A stretch of DNA of 64,000 nucleotides. Origin: an uncultured delta proteobacterium. GTDB lineage: Bacteria > Desulfobacterota > RBG-13-43-22. Below, piece after piece: positions 1 to 10,236 of this stretch. The notes under the pieces were generated by a model. That model saw nothing but the letters and a program-made list of their open reading frames with translations, searched no databases and was not told the origin of the DNA. Position numbers and translations under genes: made by a program. The DNA lies in assembly GCA_963838485.1 (NCBI GenBank), contig CAWIRY010000091.1, positions 128,658 to 192,657 on the forward strand, in the 5' to 3' direction. The first letter of the stretch is position 1. Each line of letters begins with the position of its first letter.

Positions 1-418
1 TTTTAACCCATTCCCGGAGCGTCCTTTTTTTGTCCCCTGTTTGCCGGTCCAGGTCCAAATAATAGGGCCGGTAGGCTTGAAAACCTGCCGAGTGGGCCAA
101 AAGATAACGGAGGGTGATCCCGGATTTTTCTGGACCCAGAAATCCTTCCCCCTTTGAATCCAATGGTTGATCCAGGGAAAGCCGGCCTTTTTCAATCAGG
201 TCCATGATCCCCAGGGTTGTGGCCAGGGGCTTGGTTAATGAGGCCAGGTCAAAAATAGTATTCTTTTGAAGGAGTTGTTTCTCAGGCACCAGAGCGGCAT
301 AGCCGAAGGACTGATGAAGCAATACTTCTTCACCCAGCCCTACTAATAAAACCGCTCCGGGAAAAACACCTTCTTTAACCCCGGCAGTCATTAGGGAATA
401 TAATTTAGGAAACAGCAT
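1..418 (-). CDS. Serine hydrolase of the beta-lactamase/PBP-like family, N-terminal part; the gene continues past the window start
   Basis: The minus-strand frame is open from an ATG (rc of 416-418) to the window edge. The translation MLFPKLYSLMTAGVKEGVFPGAVLLVGLGEEVLLHQSFGYAALVPEKQLLQKNTIFDLASLTKPLATT contains the S-x-x-K (SLTK) active-site motif typical of class C beta-lactamase-related hydrolases. Confidence 0.5.
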   Translation of the reverse strand, partial: MLFPKLYSLMTAGVKEGVFPGAVLLVGLGEEVLLHQSFGYAALVPEKQLLQKNTIFDLASLTKPLATTLGIMDLIEKGRLSLDQPLDSKGEGFLGPEKSGITLRYLLAHSAGFQAYRPYYLDLDRQTGDKKRTLREWVK

Positions 419-430
419 GAATCTTAAGCG

Positions 431-1339
431 TTAAAGATCTACGACCAGGAGTCCCTTTTTACCATCCAGAAAGGCCGGTGCTCCGATAGGGAGGGGAATA
501 TTCTGAGGTCCATGGCCAACGGGCAATCCGGTCCAAACCGGGATATTCAAGTCCTCCAATATTTCTTTAATCCTATTCATGGACAGTTCCCCTGTCTTGG
601 AACCGGTAAATTGTCCGAGCAGGATGGCGGAAACTTTTTCAAGACTCCCTCGCAATTTTAGATGCATAAAAAGGCGGTCCAGCCTATAAGGTTCTTCGCC
701 GCAATCCTCCAGGAAGAGGATGGCCCGATCCCAAGCCGGCTCATAAGGGGTCCCTATTAAATGGACCAACAAGGTCAAATTTCCACCCCAAAGCACTCCC
801 TCGGCGCCCCCGGGAAATAAAACTTTTTTTTTGTTTAAGGGGACTTCAAGATGGTAATGCCCAGCCAAAGTGGCCTGAAACTTGATCAGGGATTGGGGAT
901 TTAATCGGGACAGGCTGGTAACCATTGGGCCGTGAAAAGCCAGCAGGCCAGCTTTTTTCCACAAGGCCATCAGCAATACAGTGATGTCACTGAATCCCAT
1001 AAAGAGCTTGGGATGATCCTTGATTTTTCTAAAATCCAGATAATCCAGAATTCGCATGGCTCCGTAGCCCCCGCGGGAGCATAAGATGGCCTTGATCTCC
1101 TGGTTAAGGAAAAGCCCCATTAACTCCTCGGCCCGTTCCCGGTCCGTTCCGGCCAGATATCCAGCCCTGCTGATTCGTTTTCGGCCCAAGACGGTTTGAA
1201 AGCCCCATTGTTTGAGCAGATCAATGCCTTCCTGGAAGGCTTGGTGCTTATAAGGACTGGCCGGGGTGGCAATTCCGATGGTGTCTCCTTTTTGTAAAAA
1301 AGGGGGTACGATAATTTTTTGATTTCTTAATCCAGGCAT
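431..1339 (-). CDS. ldcA: LD-carboxypeptidase (peptidase S66, muramoyltetrapeptide carboxypeptidase)
   Basis: 302-aa ORF with S66 hallmarks: an N-terminal GDTIGIATPASP segment and a GFSDITVL nucleophile-elbow region. Confidence 0.8.
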   Translation of the reverse strand: MPGLRNQKIIVPPFLQKGDTIGIATPASPYKHQAFQEGIDLLKQWGFQTVLGRKRISRAGYLAGTDRERAEELMGLFLNQEIKAILCSRGGYGAMRILDYLDFRKIKDHPKLFMGFSDITVLLMALWKKAGLLAFHGPMVTSLSRLNPQSLIKFQATLAGHYHLEVPLNKKKVLFPGGAEGVLWGGNLTLLVHLIGTPYEPAWDRAILFLEDCGEEPYRLDRLFMHLKLRGSLEKVSAILLGQFTGSKTGELSMNRIKEILEDLNIPVWTGLPVGHGPQNIPLPIGAPAFLDGKKGLLVVDL

Positions 1340-1358
1340 ATGGTTATGGCTGCCTTTT

Positions 1359-1559
1359 TCATTCCGGCAATATTTCCAAAAAAACCCGATCTCCGAAACG
1401 GCCCTTTAATCGTTGGCCGATCCGGTCGACGATTTCTTCAGAGTCGGCTTCCACGATGAGTTGCCCTTGATCATCAACTTTTAAAAAGCCCTCCGGTTTA
1501 ATCAAAAGGATCACTTCCTTGGGATCTACGGTAACCCAGCCTTTCATTCGTGAAAGCAA
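1359..1559 (-). CDS. Hypothetical small protein (66 aa)
   Basis: ORF only; no recognisable motif. Confidence 0.3.
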   Translation of the reverse strand: MLSRMKGWVTVDPKEVILLIKPEGFLKVDDQGQLIVEADSEEIVDRIGQRLKGRFGDRVFLEILPE

Positions 1560-1714
1560 CTCTTCCCCTTGAATGGCCGCTCGATGGTCAACTCAACTGA
1601 ACGATTTTTCCCTTCCCAACCGATAACCGCCGGCCGGACCTGGATGGGAGAAACAGGATCCTTCATGGCCGCACATTGCAGCCAAAGTCTGGCTCGAATC
1701 ATGTTTTGATTTTC

Positions 1715-2230
1715 CTATATCTTATAACCAAATTTTCTCAAAATTTCCTTCCGCCAGGTCCGATCTTCTTCTCCCTCAACTCCCTTGGGAGAAAAGCCGT
1801 CCACCACACCAAGGACACCCCGTCCCTGCTCAGTCTGAGCCAGGATGACCTCTGTCGGGTTGGCTGTTGCACAATAGATCGAACAGACTTCCGGACAATT
1901 TTTGACGGCATTCATGACATTAATCGGAAAGGCCTGACGAATGAGAATATTAAAAGTATGGCCTGCTCCGATATTCCTGGCGTTGTTAACGGTCGCTGTT
2001 TCTAATTCCGGATCATTGCCGATGGTTCGAATCAGACAATCACCTGAAGCCTCACAAAAAGCCAGTCCGAATTTAATCCCCGGGACTGATCCGATAAGGA
2101 TTTCGTAAAGGTCCTCCACGGTTTTAATAAAGTGGGTTTGACCAAAAATAAGGTTGGCCCCTTCCGGAATTTCCAATTTCTGTACGATCAGTTCCATGGT
2201 ATCCTCCTCGGTAACGCTCAAAGATTTCAT
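1715..2230 (-). CDS. DUF355 / adenosine-specific-kinase-like protein (putative)
   Basis: 171-aa ORF whose sequence resembles, from memory, PF04008-family proteins; not verified. Confidence 0.45.
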   Translation of the reverse strand: MKSLSVTEEDTMELIVQKLEIPEGANLIFGQTHFIKTVEDLYEILIGSVPGIKFGLAFCEASGDCLIRTIGNDPELETATVNNARNIGAGHTFNILIRQAFPINVMNAVKNCPEVCSIYCATANPTEVILAQTEQGRGVLGVVDGFSPKGVEGEEDRTWRKEILRKFGYKI

Positions 2231-2285
2231 GCCCCGGGGTGACCCGGAAAGCGTGGATTACATCTAACATTGAACGTTATTTTCG

Positions 2286-2363
2286 AACTAAGCTCTCATG
2301 CCCCTGGTGCACTACGAATCATGAAAATAATCTGTAGGGGCGGGTTTTAAACCCGCCCCTACA
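2286..2363. repeat. REP-like intergenic element, copy 1, ending in a near-perfect 29-bp palindrome
   Basis: aactaagctctcatgcccctggtgcactacgaatcatgaaaataatctGTAGGGGCGGGTTTTAAACCCGCCCCTACa. A second copy lies at 35051-35130 and partial copies lie near 55300 and 55410. Confidence 0.7.
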
Positions 2364-2398
2364 ACGTTCCTACGGAGGTCGAGGGTTAGTAAAACGGG

Positions 2399-2428
2399 TT
2401 TTCTCCGAACTCCGAACTCCGAACTCCG
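2399..2428. repeat. Tandem heptamer repeat (tccgaac) x4
   Basis: ctccgaactccgaactccgaactccgaact; a related ctccgaact/cctaact cluster lies at 27040-27062. Confidence 0.7.
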
Positions 2429-2443
2429 AACTTTATTTACGTG

Positions 2444-2953
2444 TTACGGCATGTTTAGGACTTCTCTGACCTTTTTTGATAATTCCGAAACCGTATAAGG
2501 TTTTTGGATAAAAGCCTTACACCCTCTTTCTATAAGGGAGGCGGCTTGTCCGTCAATGCTGTAACCGCTGGAGAGAAGCACCTTTACCTGGGGATATACT
2601 TCTTTTAAGCCATCGTAGGTCTGACTCCCTTTTAGGTCCGGCATGATCATGTCCAAAATAATCAGGTCAATTTCCTGATATTTTTTCTTGAACAGGGATA
2701 AAGCTTCTTGACCACTATTAGCCGACATTACCTGATATCCCAGGCTCTCCAGGATTTCTCGAGTTACTTTCAGGATGACTTCCTCATCATCCACCAGGAG
2801 GACAGTTTCCTGCCCGCGAACCAGTTTCTCCGGGGGTTTTTCTTCAAGGACCACCTTTTTATCAGAGGCCGGGAGATAAATGGAAAAGGTGCTTCCTTGC
2901 CCTTTTTTGACTCTTGGCAAAAATGCTTCCCCCATGGCTTTTGACAATACCAT
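2444..2953 (-). CDS. Response-regulator receiver domain, the C-terminal part of the hybrid kinase
   Basis: The translation starts with the end of the HATPase domain (GQGSTFSIYLP) and continues into a CheY-like receiver (VLLVDDEEVIL...IILDMIMP...KVLLSSGY). It overlaps the kinase ORF in another frame across a T6/A6 run at 2904-2909. Confidence 0.75.
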   Translation of the reverse strand: MVLSKAMGEAFLPRVKKGQGSTFSIYLPASDKKVVLEEKPPEKLVRGQETVLLVDDEEVILKVTREILESLGYQVMSANSGQEALSLFKKKYQEIDLIILDMIMPDLKGSQTYDGLKEVYPQVKVLLSSGYSIDGQAASLIERGCKAFIQKPYTVSELSKKVREVLNMP

Positions 2954-5282
2954 AAACCATAGCCAATCCTAACCCCGTGCCCCGTCCCATCTCTTTGGTA
3001 GTAAAAAAGGGTTCGAAAACTCTCTCAATAACGTTTTTATCCATCCCTTCGCCCGTATCGATTATGGAAATCATGACATATTTTCCAGGATTAGGGTGGT
3101 CGGAACTGCGGTAGGTTATCACAATATTTTGGGTCTTCAAATAAAGGGACCCTCCCCCGGGCATGGCTTGCCAGGCATTAACAAACAGGTTCAGCAAGGC
3201 TTGTTCAATCTGTCCCTGATCAACCTCCACAGACCAGAGATCTTCCTGGAATTGTCGATGAATGCGTATTTCTTTTTTAGTCCTCCCGAACATTTCAGAA
3301 GAATTATGGAGAATTTGGTTTATATCTACCGGCTTGACCTCATACTTGCCGCCTCTGGCAAACCCGAGCAATTGTCGGGTCAAATCCACTCCACTCTGGA
3401 CTTGTTGGTTGATCCCGACCAGTTTTTCATAAAAAGGATCGGTCTCATCCGTTTTCAAGAGGATAAGCGAAGTATATCCCTGAATACCCATCAGAAGGTT
3501 ATTAAAATCGTGGGCAATCCCGCCGGCCAATGTGCCGATGGCTTCCATTTTTTTGGCTTGACGGAGCTGATTCTCTAAAAGGACCTGTTCGGTTATATCC
3601 CTTAAAATACCAACTAAACTGATCACATTTCCATCAGGGTCAAAATTAGGGGCCCCGCTGGCACTAAAGATCTTCTTTTCCCCGTCTTTGTGTAAAAAAG
3701 TCCCCAGGACATCCCGGATGATTTTCTTCTCACTCCAAACCTGGTCAAAAAGTTGTTGGAATTTTTTGGAATCTTCTTCCTTTAGAAATTCGACGAATTT
3801 TTTCCCAATTACTTCAGACGGGGAATGTCCTAATATCCTTTCCCAGGCCGGATTTACATAAGAAAAAACCCCCTCATTATTCAATGCATAGACAATATCC
3901 GGCGTGTTTTCGCTTAAGGATCGAAACCGTTCTTCGCTTTCTCTTATTTTGGTATAGGTCACGGCGTTATTGATACAGATGGCGATCTGGGGAGCGATCC
4001 CCATAAGGAGGTTCAGGTCTCCCTTGGTTAAAGGCCTTTTGGAAGTCAGGTTATCTACCAGAAGAATGCCTAAAGACTCATCTTTGTAGACGATGGGCAC
4101 ACAAATAAAAGCCCGGGTGCCGACTCGGTGGAGAAATTCCATACTTTTGGCAGAAAGCTTTTTTTCGACTTCTTCGGTATTGTCGATTAAAAATGGAGTT
4201 TGCTTCTGAAAGGATTCAACTGCCATCCCGGTGGATTGGGGATTGTCCAAACGAAATTCAACTTTTCTAAAATACTTTTCCTCGTCTTGGTTGTATCCGT
4301 AGCCAATGGTAAAATGTAGCCGGGTTTTTTCTTTGTCGGCCAACATGATCAATCCCCGGTCAAAATCCAGCCGTTTTTTCATCGCTTCCATGATATTTTG
4401 AAAGGATTCTTCAATATCCATCGTCATGGAAAGGGTCTGGCCGATTTCCTGCACCAACAGGACTTCGTTATAACGCCTGTTGGTTTGATTAAGTAAATTC
4501 TGGGTGGCTTCACTTTCAGTCGTAATAATTTCGATGAGGTCCTTTTTTTCTAAATGTTCCGAAACGATTACAACCCCCATATTGATCAGAATAGAAATCT
4601 TGAGAAGCAAAAACCAAGAATCGAAGGGTAAAATAAAATAAAAGCCCAAATTGAAGAGAAAATTTAAAGGAATACTCCAGTTCCGGATTAACTTCCAGAC
4701 ATAAGATGGGGTCATTTCCCAAGAAACAATATACTTACAGAACTCTCCCCCTTTATGGATACAAATCGGATGCTCAACCATAGCTAATTTTTTAGTGTAA
4801 ACTTTGGCTAAAACTTCCAACGTTCCAATGCGATTTTGACACTGGAAAGGTTTTTCTTGTACCCCGGGTTTTATTAATGTTCGAATCTCAACTTTTCGCC
4901 CGCCTAATTTTTTCACTTTAAAGGTGACCGCCGTGGTAATCTTTGAGCAAAGCTTTTCAAAAAAGAAATAGCCCGTAGCCGGGGACAAAAAACCAGTGAC
5001 CAAGTTTTTTATTGGCCCATAAGAAGAACCCGCAACTGAAAACCTCCCCACTTCCCTGGAAATATTGGAATCACCGGTAAGCAAATCGAGCATCTCATGA
5101 AATCGGTCTATCTGTTTTTGAGATAACCATTGCCCGCTTTCTTCGATTTCATAGGATTCGATTCCCGCATAACCTAAAATGTCATTGGGATCTATTTGGG
5201 GATAAAATTTTTGGAGGTATTCGATATAATTTTTTAGCAGTCGGCTATTGTAAAGAGGGATTTCTTCCATTTTTAATTCCAA
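2862..5282 (-). CDS. Hybrid sensor histidine kinase (N-terminal sensor, TM segments, GAF, PAS, HisKA, HATPase_c); continues by frameshift into the receiver domain below
   Basis: 806-aa ORF with an H-box (GIAHDFNNLL) and G-boxes (GRGTGLGLAMVYG). It ends out of frame just after SHGGSI, where a kinase would continue as ...GKGSTF. Confidence 0.85.
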   Translation of the reverse strand: MELKMEEIPLYNSRLLKNYIEYLQKFYPQIDPNDILGYAGIESYEIEESGQWLSQKQIDRFHEMLDLLTGDSNISREVGRFSVAGSSYGPIKNLVTGFLSPATGYFFFEKLCSKITTAVTFKVKKLGGRKVEIRTLIKPGVQEKPFQCQNRIGTLEVLAKVYTKKLAMVEHPICIHKGGEFCKYIVSWEMTPSYVWKLIRNWSIPLNFLFNLGFYFILPFDSWFLLLKISILINMGVVIVSEHLEKKDLIEIITTESEATQNLLNQTNRRYNEVLLVQEIGQTLSMTMDIEESFQNIMEAMKKRLDFDRGLIMLADKEKTRLHFTIGYGYNQDEEKYFRKVEFRLDNPQSTGMAVESFQKQTPFLIDNTEEVEKKLSAKSMEFLHRVGTRAFICVPIVYKDESLGILLVDNLTSKRPLTKGDLNLLMGIAPQIAICINNAVTYTKIRESEERFRSLSENTPDIVYALNNEGVFSYVNPAWERILGHSPSEVIGKKFVEFLKEEDSKKFQQLFDQVWSEKKIIRDVLGTFLHKDGEKKIFSASGAPNFDPDGNVISLVGILRDITEQVLLENQLRQAKKMEAIGTLAGGIAHDFNNLLMGIQGYTSLILLKTDETDPFYEKLVGINQQVQSGVDLTRQLLGFARGGKYEVKPVDINQILHNSSEMFGRTKKEIRIHRQFQEDLWSVEVDQGQIEQALLNLFVNAWQAMPGGGSLYLKTQNIVITYRSSDHPNPGKYVMISIIDTGEGMDKNVIERVFEPFFTTKEMGRGTGLGLAMVYGIVKSHGGSIFAKSQKRARKHLFHLSPGL

Positions 5283-5337
5283 ATTTTAGGGATGAGACGC
5301 ATGCAAAAATCTCAAAGGATATTTATTAAACCTTAAA

Positions 5338-6630
5338 TTAATTCCCCGCAATATCCAACTTCTCAATTCTAACAGCCTCCGGCCCAAGGTAAGCCTCTCT
5401 TTGGATCCTTTCTCGAGAAAAAAAGGCTTCTTTAAAGGCTTCTTGCATGGTTCCGGAAACTGATCCTCCTTTAATCGAGATCTTCTGCCCATGATTAAGG
5501 AAATACCCGGTTCGGATCTCCCCGGAAAAGGCCCCGGTAACTGGGTTGGGCTCAAAGGTAGAAAATCGCAGTAAATGGTAACAAGAACCTTCAAATAATT
5601 CCTTAGACGATCTTGGACCTGTAGCCACCTCTATGTTGGAGAAATCTCCTGTGGCATCTTCGCCAAGATAATCGGCATATCGTTTGCTATTCATCCGGCT
5701 TTTAAAAATATTATCTTGAATGACGTTAACCCGATAAAGAGGCAGGCCGTTGTCGTCAAAGGCCCGACTCTTGATACCTCCGGGAAGGCCAGGGTTGCTG
5801 GCCAAGGTCAAGGGTTCTCCTTTGATATCGGCTATGACTGGCTCTCCGATGACCAGTTGTGACCAGTGCTGAAAATGGGCTTGGCCAGAGGCCTGGAGGC
5901 AAAAAAAATTAAAAAGTGTATCTAACGCTTCTTCCGAAAAGATAACCGGATATATTCCGCCCTGGGGAAGCCGGGCCTCCAAAGATTCACGGGCATATTG
6001 GGCGTATTGGCCGACCATATCAGTCAGATGGAGGTCCTTATAAAACCGGACCCGTTTTGCGCCTTGACTTTCCCCTTCCAACGACTGACCTTTTTCAGCT
6101 AATAAAACAAAATCAACCAGGATCTCCGTAGCAGCCGTCTCTTTTTCCAACCCTCTGGAATTGAGTAAAAAAACTTCGTAGTCCTCAATAAAGATTTCCG
6201 CTGAACTTCTCTTAACCTTGTCTAAAGGGATTTCCCTGAAATCTTCCTGAATTCGGTCCAGATATAAAAGGGGGTTCTTCCTGACTTCCGGATCTACAAT
6301 TTGAACCTTGCCATAACTGAGCCCCTTTTCAGGCAGATGGAAAATAGGATTGGCCACCAAAGCAGCCAACTCTAATCCCGAAGCAAGCCGTTCTCGGGCA
6401 TCATCCCCTTCCGAGAGAGGAATTGTGGATTCACCTAGGCCCTTTTCCTTTTGATAGTCATATTCTTTATAAAGAGTAACAATAAATTTTTCAGTTTCTA
6501 CCAGGCGCTGAGATTCGATTTGGTCAAAAATAAGATACCTTTGATAACTTTTCTTTCTTAGTCGGCGAATCTCCCAGGCCGATACCCCGGAAAAATTTTG
6601 TGTCACCAAAATTATTTCTTTTACGGTCAT
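5338..6630 (-). CDS. TldD/PmbA-family metalloprotease-like protein
   Basis: 430-aa ORF whose C-terminal region carries family-typical motifs (RAFDDNGLP; FEPNPVTGAFSGEIRTGYFLNHGQ). Confidence 0.55.
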   Translation of the reverse strand: MTVKEIILVTQNFSGVSAWEIRRLRKKSYQRYLIFDQIESQRLVETEKFIVTLYKEYDYQKEKGLGESTIPLSEGDDARERLASGLELAALVANPIFHLPEKGLSYGKVQIVDPEVRKNPLLYLDRIQEDFREIPLDKVKRSSAEIFIEDYEVFLLNSRGLEKETAATEILVDFVLLAEKGQSLEGESQGAKRVRFYKDLHLTDMVGQYAQYARESLEARLPQGGIYPVIFSEEALDTLFNFFCLQASGQAHFQHWSQLVIGEPVIADIKGEPLTLASNPGLPGGIKSRAFDDNGLPLYRVNVIQDNIFKSRMNSKRYADYLGEDATGDFSNIEVATGPRSSKELFEGSCYHLLRFSTFEPNPVTGAFSGEIRTGYFLNHGQKISIKGGSVSGTMQEAFKEAFFSRERIQREAYLGPEAVRIEKLDIAGN

Positions 6631-6935
6631 GTTAAGACTTAGTTGGAGGTTTTACCTTATGGATGAGGTTAACATACAATGTCAAAAAATAGCAGTCAAG
6701 GAAAGAAATAGGAAGGTCTTATCAAAAATAGGTTATCTTCCGGCATCGATTAATAAAAAAGAGAGGGTTCCGTTTAAACCCATCAGGTTCATTCGGTGTC
6801 CTTGCCTGAAATTCTTTGATATTTAAAATTCGCAGGGCCGAGAAGGAGAAAGGGACGATTGAGGTGCACAGCTCAAATCCAGCAGGCAAAGGGCAAAAGG
6901 AACAAAGGGATCCTTTTCATTTTATTTTCCTGGAG

Positions 6936-7928
6936 TTAGATTCTTAGATGTACATCTCCGGTTAATATGGTTTCCATTCGGCCGTCATCCAAAAGAACGA
7001 TCAGTCCGCCATGGTCATCAATGCCTTGGGCAAGGCCTGTCCGGGAAGTCTGGCCGGTTAAAATAGTTACCCTTCGGTTTTTAATTAAGGAATAATGATC
7101 CCATTCTTCCCGCAAAAACTCAACCCCTTCGATCCGGGCCTTTTCATAAAGGGCTTCTCCGTGAATCAAAAACCGGGCGAGAAGTTGAAGGCGGGAAATC
7201 TTCTTACCCGCCTCCTGTAAAATACTGGTGGCTGGCTGCCCTCCATAAGGGACCTCCAGGGGCGCCCAATGACAATTGACCCCTATCCCGATAATCATAT
7301 ATTCCAAACGATCCGGGTCGGTGGCGAATTCGGTCAGGATACCGGCCAATTTTTTATCCCGGCAATAAATATCGTTGGGCCATTTGATGCCCACGGGAAT
7401 ATCAACGATTTCTTGAATGGCCCGACAGAGAGAAATCGAGGCCAGGACGGTACCATAAAAAGCCTGTCGGGGCGGCCAGTTCGGCCGGAGGATCAGAGAA
7501 AAAAGGAGATTTTGACCCGAAGGAGATTCCCAGACGCGGCTGAGCCGGCCTTTGCCTTTTTCTTGATATTCGGCTACGACCAAGGTCCCCTCCGAAGCCC
7601 CTTCGGTGGCCAGGCTCCTGGCCTGTATATTGGTGGAATCGGTGCGCAGGAAATGACGGATTTTTTGGCCGAAACAGTGGGTGCTGATCTGCTGACGGAT
7701 CAGATCGGGGAACAAAATATCCGGGACTGATTTCAAGCGATAGCCTTTCCCTTTATGGGCTTCGATCACAAAACCATCTTCTTTCAATTGTCCTATGTGT
7801 TTCCAGATCGCCGGGCGGGTGACTTTCATTTCCATAGACAACCGTTCTCCGGAGACATAATCCCCGGGGAACAAGGCTTTCAGGATGGTTTCTTTCAGGT
7901 TACGGCCGGATCTATCGAAGGTTACCAT
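6936..7928 (-). CDS. birA: Bifunctional biotin-[acetyl-CoA-carboxylase] ligase and biotin operon repressor
   Basis: N-terminal HTH (VSGERLSMEMKVTRPAIWKHIGQLKEDGFVIE), a BPL catalytic core (GKGRLSRVWESPSGQNLLFSLIL) and a C-terminal domain. Confidence 0.9.
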   Translation of the reverse strand: MVTFDRSGRNLKETILKALFPGDYVSGERLSMEMKVTRPAIWKHIGQLKEDGFVIEAHKGKGYRLKSVPDILFPDLIRQQISTHCFGQKIRHFLRTDSTNIQARSLATEGASEGTLVVAEYQEKGKGRLSRVWESPSGQNLLFSLILRPNWPPRQAFYGTVLASISLCRAIQEIVDIPVGIKWPNDIYCRDKKLAGILTEFATDPDRLEYMIIGIGVNCHWAPLEVPYGGQPATSILQEAGKKISRLQLLARFLIHGEALYEKARIEGVEFLREEWDHYSLIKNRRVTILTGQTSRTGLAQGIDDHGGLIVLLDDGRMETILTGDVHLRI

Positions 7929-8106
7929 ATAAAAATTATGGCCTGACTGGATTTACATGTTTTTGCTCAGGCTCCAAAAGGACCCTGAGCACTTCTATCC
8001 GTGCTTGCTGAGGGTAAAGCTTTTGTCCATAGGACAACGGCTTATGCCTTTCTTCTGGAAAGGCATAAAAATCCAGATAATCCGGTAAATCCTGTCTGAA
8101 AAAGGT

Positions 8107-9394
8107 TTATTTCTTTTTCAAAAAATCCCGGACCATTTTGATGGCACAAAACTCTCCGCACATGGTGCAGACCTCCGATTCGCTGGGACTGCTCTCGGCC
8201 CTCATTCTGCGGGCCTTTTCCGGGTCCAGGCACAGACTGATCTGTCTTTCCCAGTTCAAGGCCTTGCGGGCCAAGGCCATTTGCCGATCCTGTTCCCAGG
8301 CCCTGCCCTGACCTCGGGCCAGATCGGCGGCATGGGCGGCGATGCGGGTGGCGATGATCCCTTCCCGGACATCTTCCGGTGTCGGGAGCTTTAAATGTTC
8401 GGAAGGGGTGACATAGCAGAGAAAGTCGGCCCCGGCCATACCGGCTAAGGCGCCCCCGATGGCACAGGCAATATGGTCGTAACCGGCTGCAATATCCGTA
8501 ACCAAAGGGCCAAGGACATAAAAAGGGGCCCCTTGGCAGAGCTGTTTCTGAAGCAGGATATTGGCCTCGATCTGATTCAAAGGGACATGCCCCGGCCCTT
8601 CAATCATAACCTGAACGCCGGCTTTTAAGGCCTGTTCCCGCAATTCACCCAGGTGGATCAATTCCTGGACCTGGGCTCGATCGGTGGCATCGGCCAGACA
8701 ACCGGGACGCAGGCCGTCACCGAGGCTCAAGGTCAAGTCATATTTCCGGGCCAATTCAATTAACCGATCATATTCCGTAAAGAGGGGGTTCTCTTTTTCG
8801 TGATAAACCATCCAGGTGGCCAGGAAGGCCCCCCCCCCGGCTGACGATATCGGTGATCCGGCCCTGCTTTTGCAAGCGCTCCAAGGAATTAAGGGTGACC
8901 CCGCAATGGACGGTAATAAAATCGACCCCGGCCTGGGCCTGATCTTCAATCACCTCAAAGATCTTATCTGCTGTCAGGTGGATAATCCCCCCTTTTTCCC
9001 TGACCGTCTCGACCACCGCCTGGTAGATAGGGACCGTGCCCACAGGCAAAGGAGAATGGGCGATCAGGGTCCGGAGGATCTCCTTCAGATCCCCTCCTGT
9101 ACTTAAGTCCATGACCGTATCGGCCTTGGCTTCCACACAGATATTCAACTTGCGCAATTCCTGGTCCAGATCCACCCGATCGGAAGAGGTCCCGATATTG
9201 GCGTTGACCTTGATCGTCAACCCTTGCCCGATCCCGACGGGCCTGGCCTTCTTTTTTCTAAGATTAGCCGGGACAACAACTGTCCCCTGGGCTACTCTTT
9301 TTTGGATCTCTCCCGCTTCCAGCCCTTCTTGAAGGGCTATTTCCTGCATTTCAGGGGTTATAATCCCCTTTCTGGCTGATTCAATCTGGGTCAA
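8107..9394 (-). CDS. thiC: Phosphomethylpyrimidine synthase ThiC, interrupted by a frameshift at a C10/G10 homopolymer (8829-8838)
   Basis: Two overlapping ORFs (8768-9394 N-terminal part; 8107-8949 C-terminal part) together give a contiguous ThiC of about 429 aa (…[23 protein letters not shown]…CTMCGEFCA). The frames switch exactly at the G-run encoding RGGG. Confidence 0.85.
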
Positions 9395-10236
9395 GACAGC
9401 ACCTCATTTATTCGTTCCGTTTTATTTTGAATCCCGGCATAAGGATCGGTCGGCCACTGACCATGCCCCACCGGTTGAGCCCCGGCAATGGCCCTGGTTA
9501 TAAAATCCTTGGCCATCTCTACTGATTTAATCAAGGGATGTCCCTGGGCCCAAAAAACGGCCATGGCCGCCGAAAAGGTACAGCCGGTCCCATGAGTATC
9601 GGGGATTTGGATTCGAGGGCTGGGGAATTCCCTAAAAGACGTTCCGTCATAAAAGAGGTCTACGGCCGCCCCGGTTAAATGTCCCCCTTTGATCAAGACA
9701 CTCCCCCGAGTCTTCTTTTTAATCGCTTCGGCCGCTTTTTTCATTTCAGTTAAGGTCCCAACCGGTAACCCGGTTAAGGCGGCGGCCTCGAAAAGATTAG
9801 GGGTTATCAAACCGGCCAAAGGGAAAAGGTCCTCCTTTAGAGTTTGAAGGGCTTTTTCTTCTAATAATGGGTATCCCTTCCCGGAGACCATGACCGGATC
9901 CAGAATCACTTTTTTAATCTTGAATTTCTTTATGGTCTGAGCTACCAGGGTAATGATTTCGGCTTGGGCCAACATACCTGTTTTTACGGCATCGATCCTG
10001 ATATCGGAAAGGACCGCTTGGAGTTGTTCCCGAATGACGTTCAGGGGGACCGGAAAGATTCCCAGAACCCCCAGGGTGTTCTGGGCCGTTATAGCCGTTA
10101 TGACCGAGGTTCCATAGGCCCCCAGCAGGGCAATGACCTTCAGGTCGGCCTGGACGCCGGCACCGCCGCTCGGGTCCGATCCGGCAATGGTCAAGATGCG
10201 TGTTTTAATAATCCCCCCAATAATAAAACAGGCCAT
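9391..10236 (-). CDS. thiD: Hydroxymethylpyrimidine/phosphomethylpyrimidine kinase
   Basis: 281-aa ORF with ThiD/PfkB-family motifs (LTIAGSDPSGGAGVQADLK; GTGCTFSAAMA). Its stop overlaps the thiC start. Confidence 0.9.
   Translation of the reverse strand: MACFIIGGIIKTRILTIAGSDPSGGAGVQADLKVIALLGAYGTSVITAITAQNTLGVLGIFPVPLNVIREQLQAVLSDIRIDAVKTGMLAQAEIITLVAQTIKKFKIKKVILDPVMVSGKGYPLLEEKALQTLKEDLFPLAGLITPNLFEAAALTGLPVGTLTEMKKAAEAIKKKTRGSVLIKGGHLTGAAVDLFYDGTSFREFPSPRIQIPDTHGTGCTFSAAMAVFWAQGHPLIKSVEMAKDFITRAIAGAQPVGHGQWPTDPYAGIQNKTERINEVLS

Noticed and set aside
5286-5594. 102-aa ORF overlapping the 3' end of the TldD/PmbA-like gene
   Set aside because: It lies entirely inside a well-supported gene on the same strand in another frame; no motif.
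7269-7946. Plus-strand ORFs antisense to birA
   Set aside because: Shadow ORFs inside a confidently identified gene.
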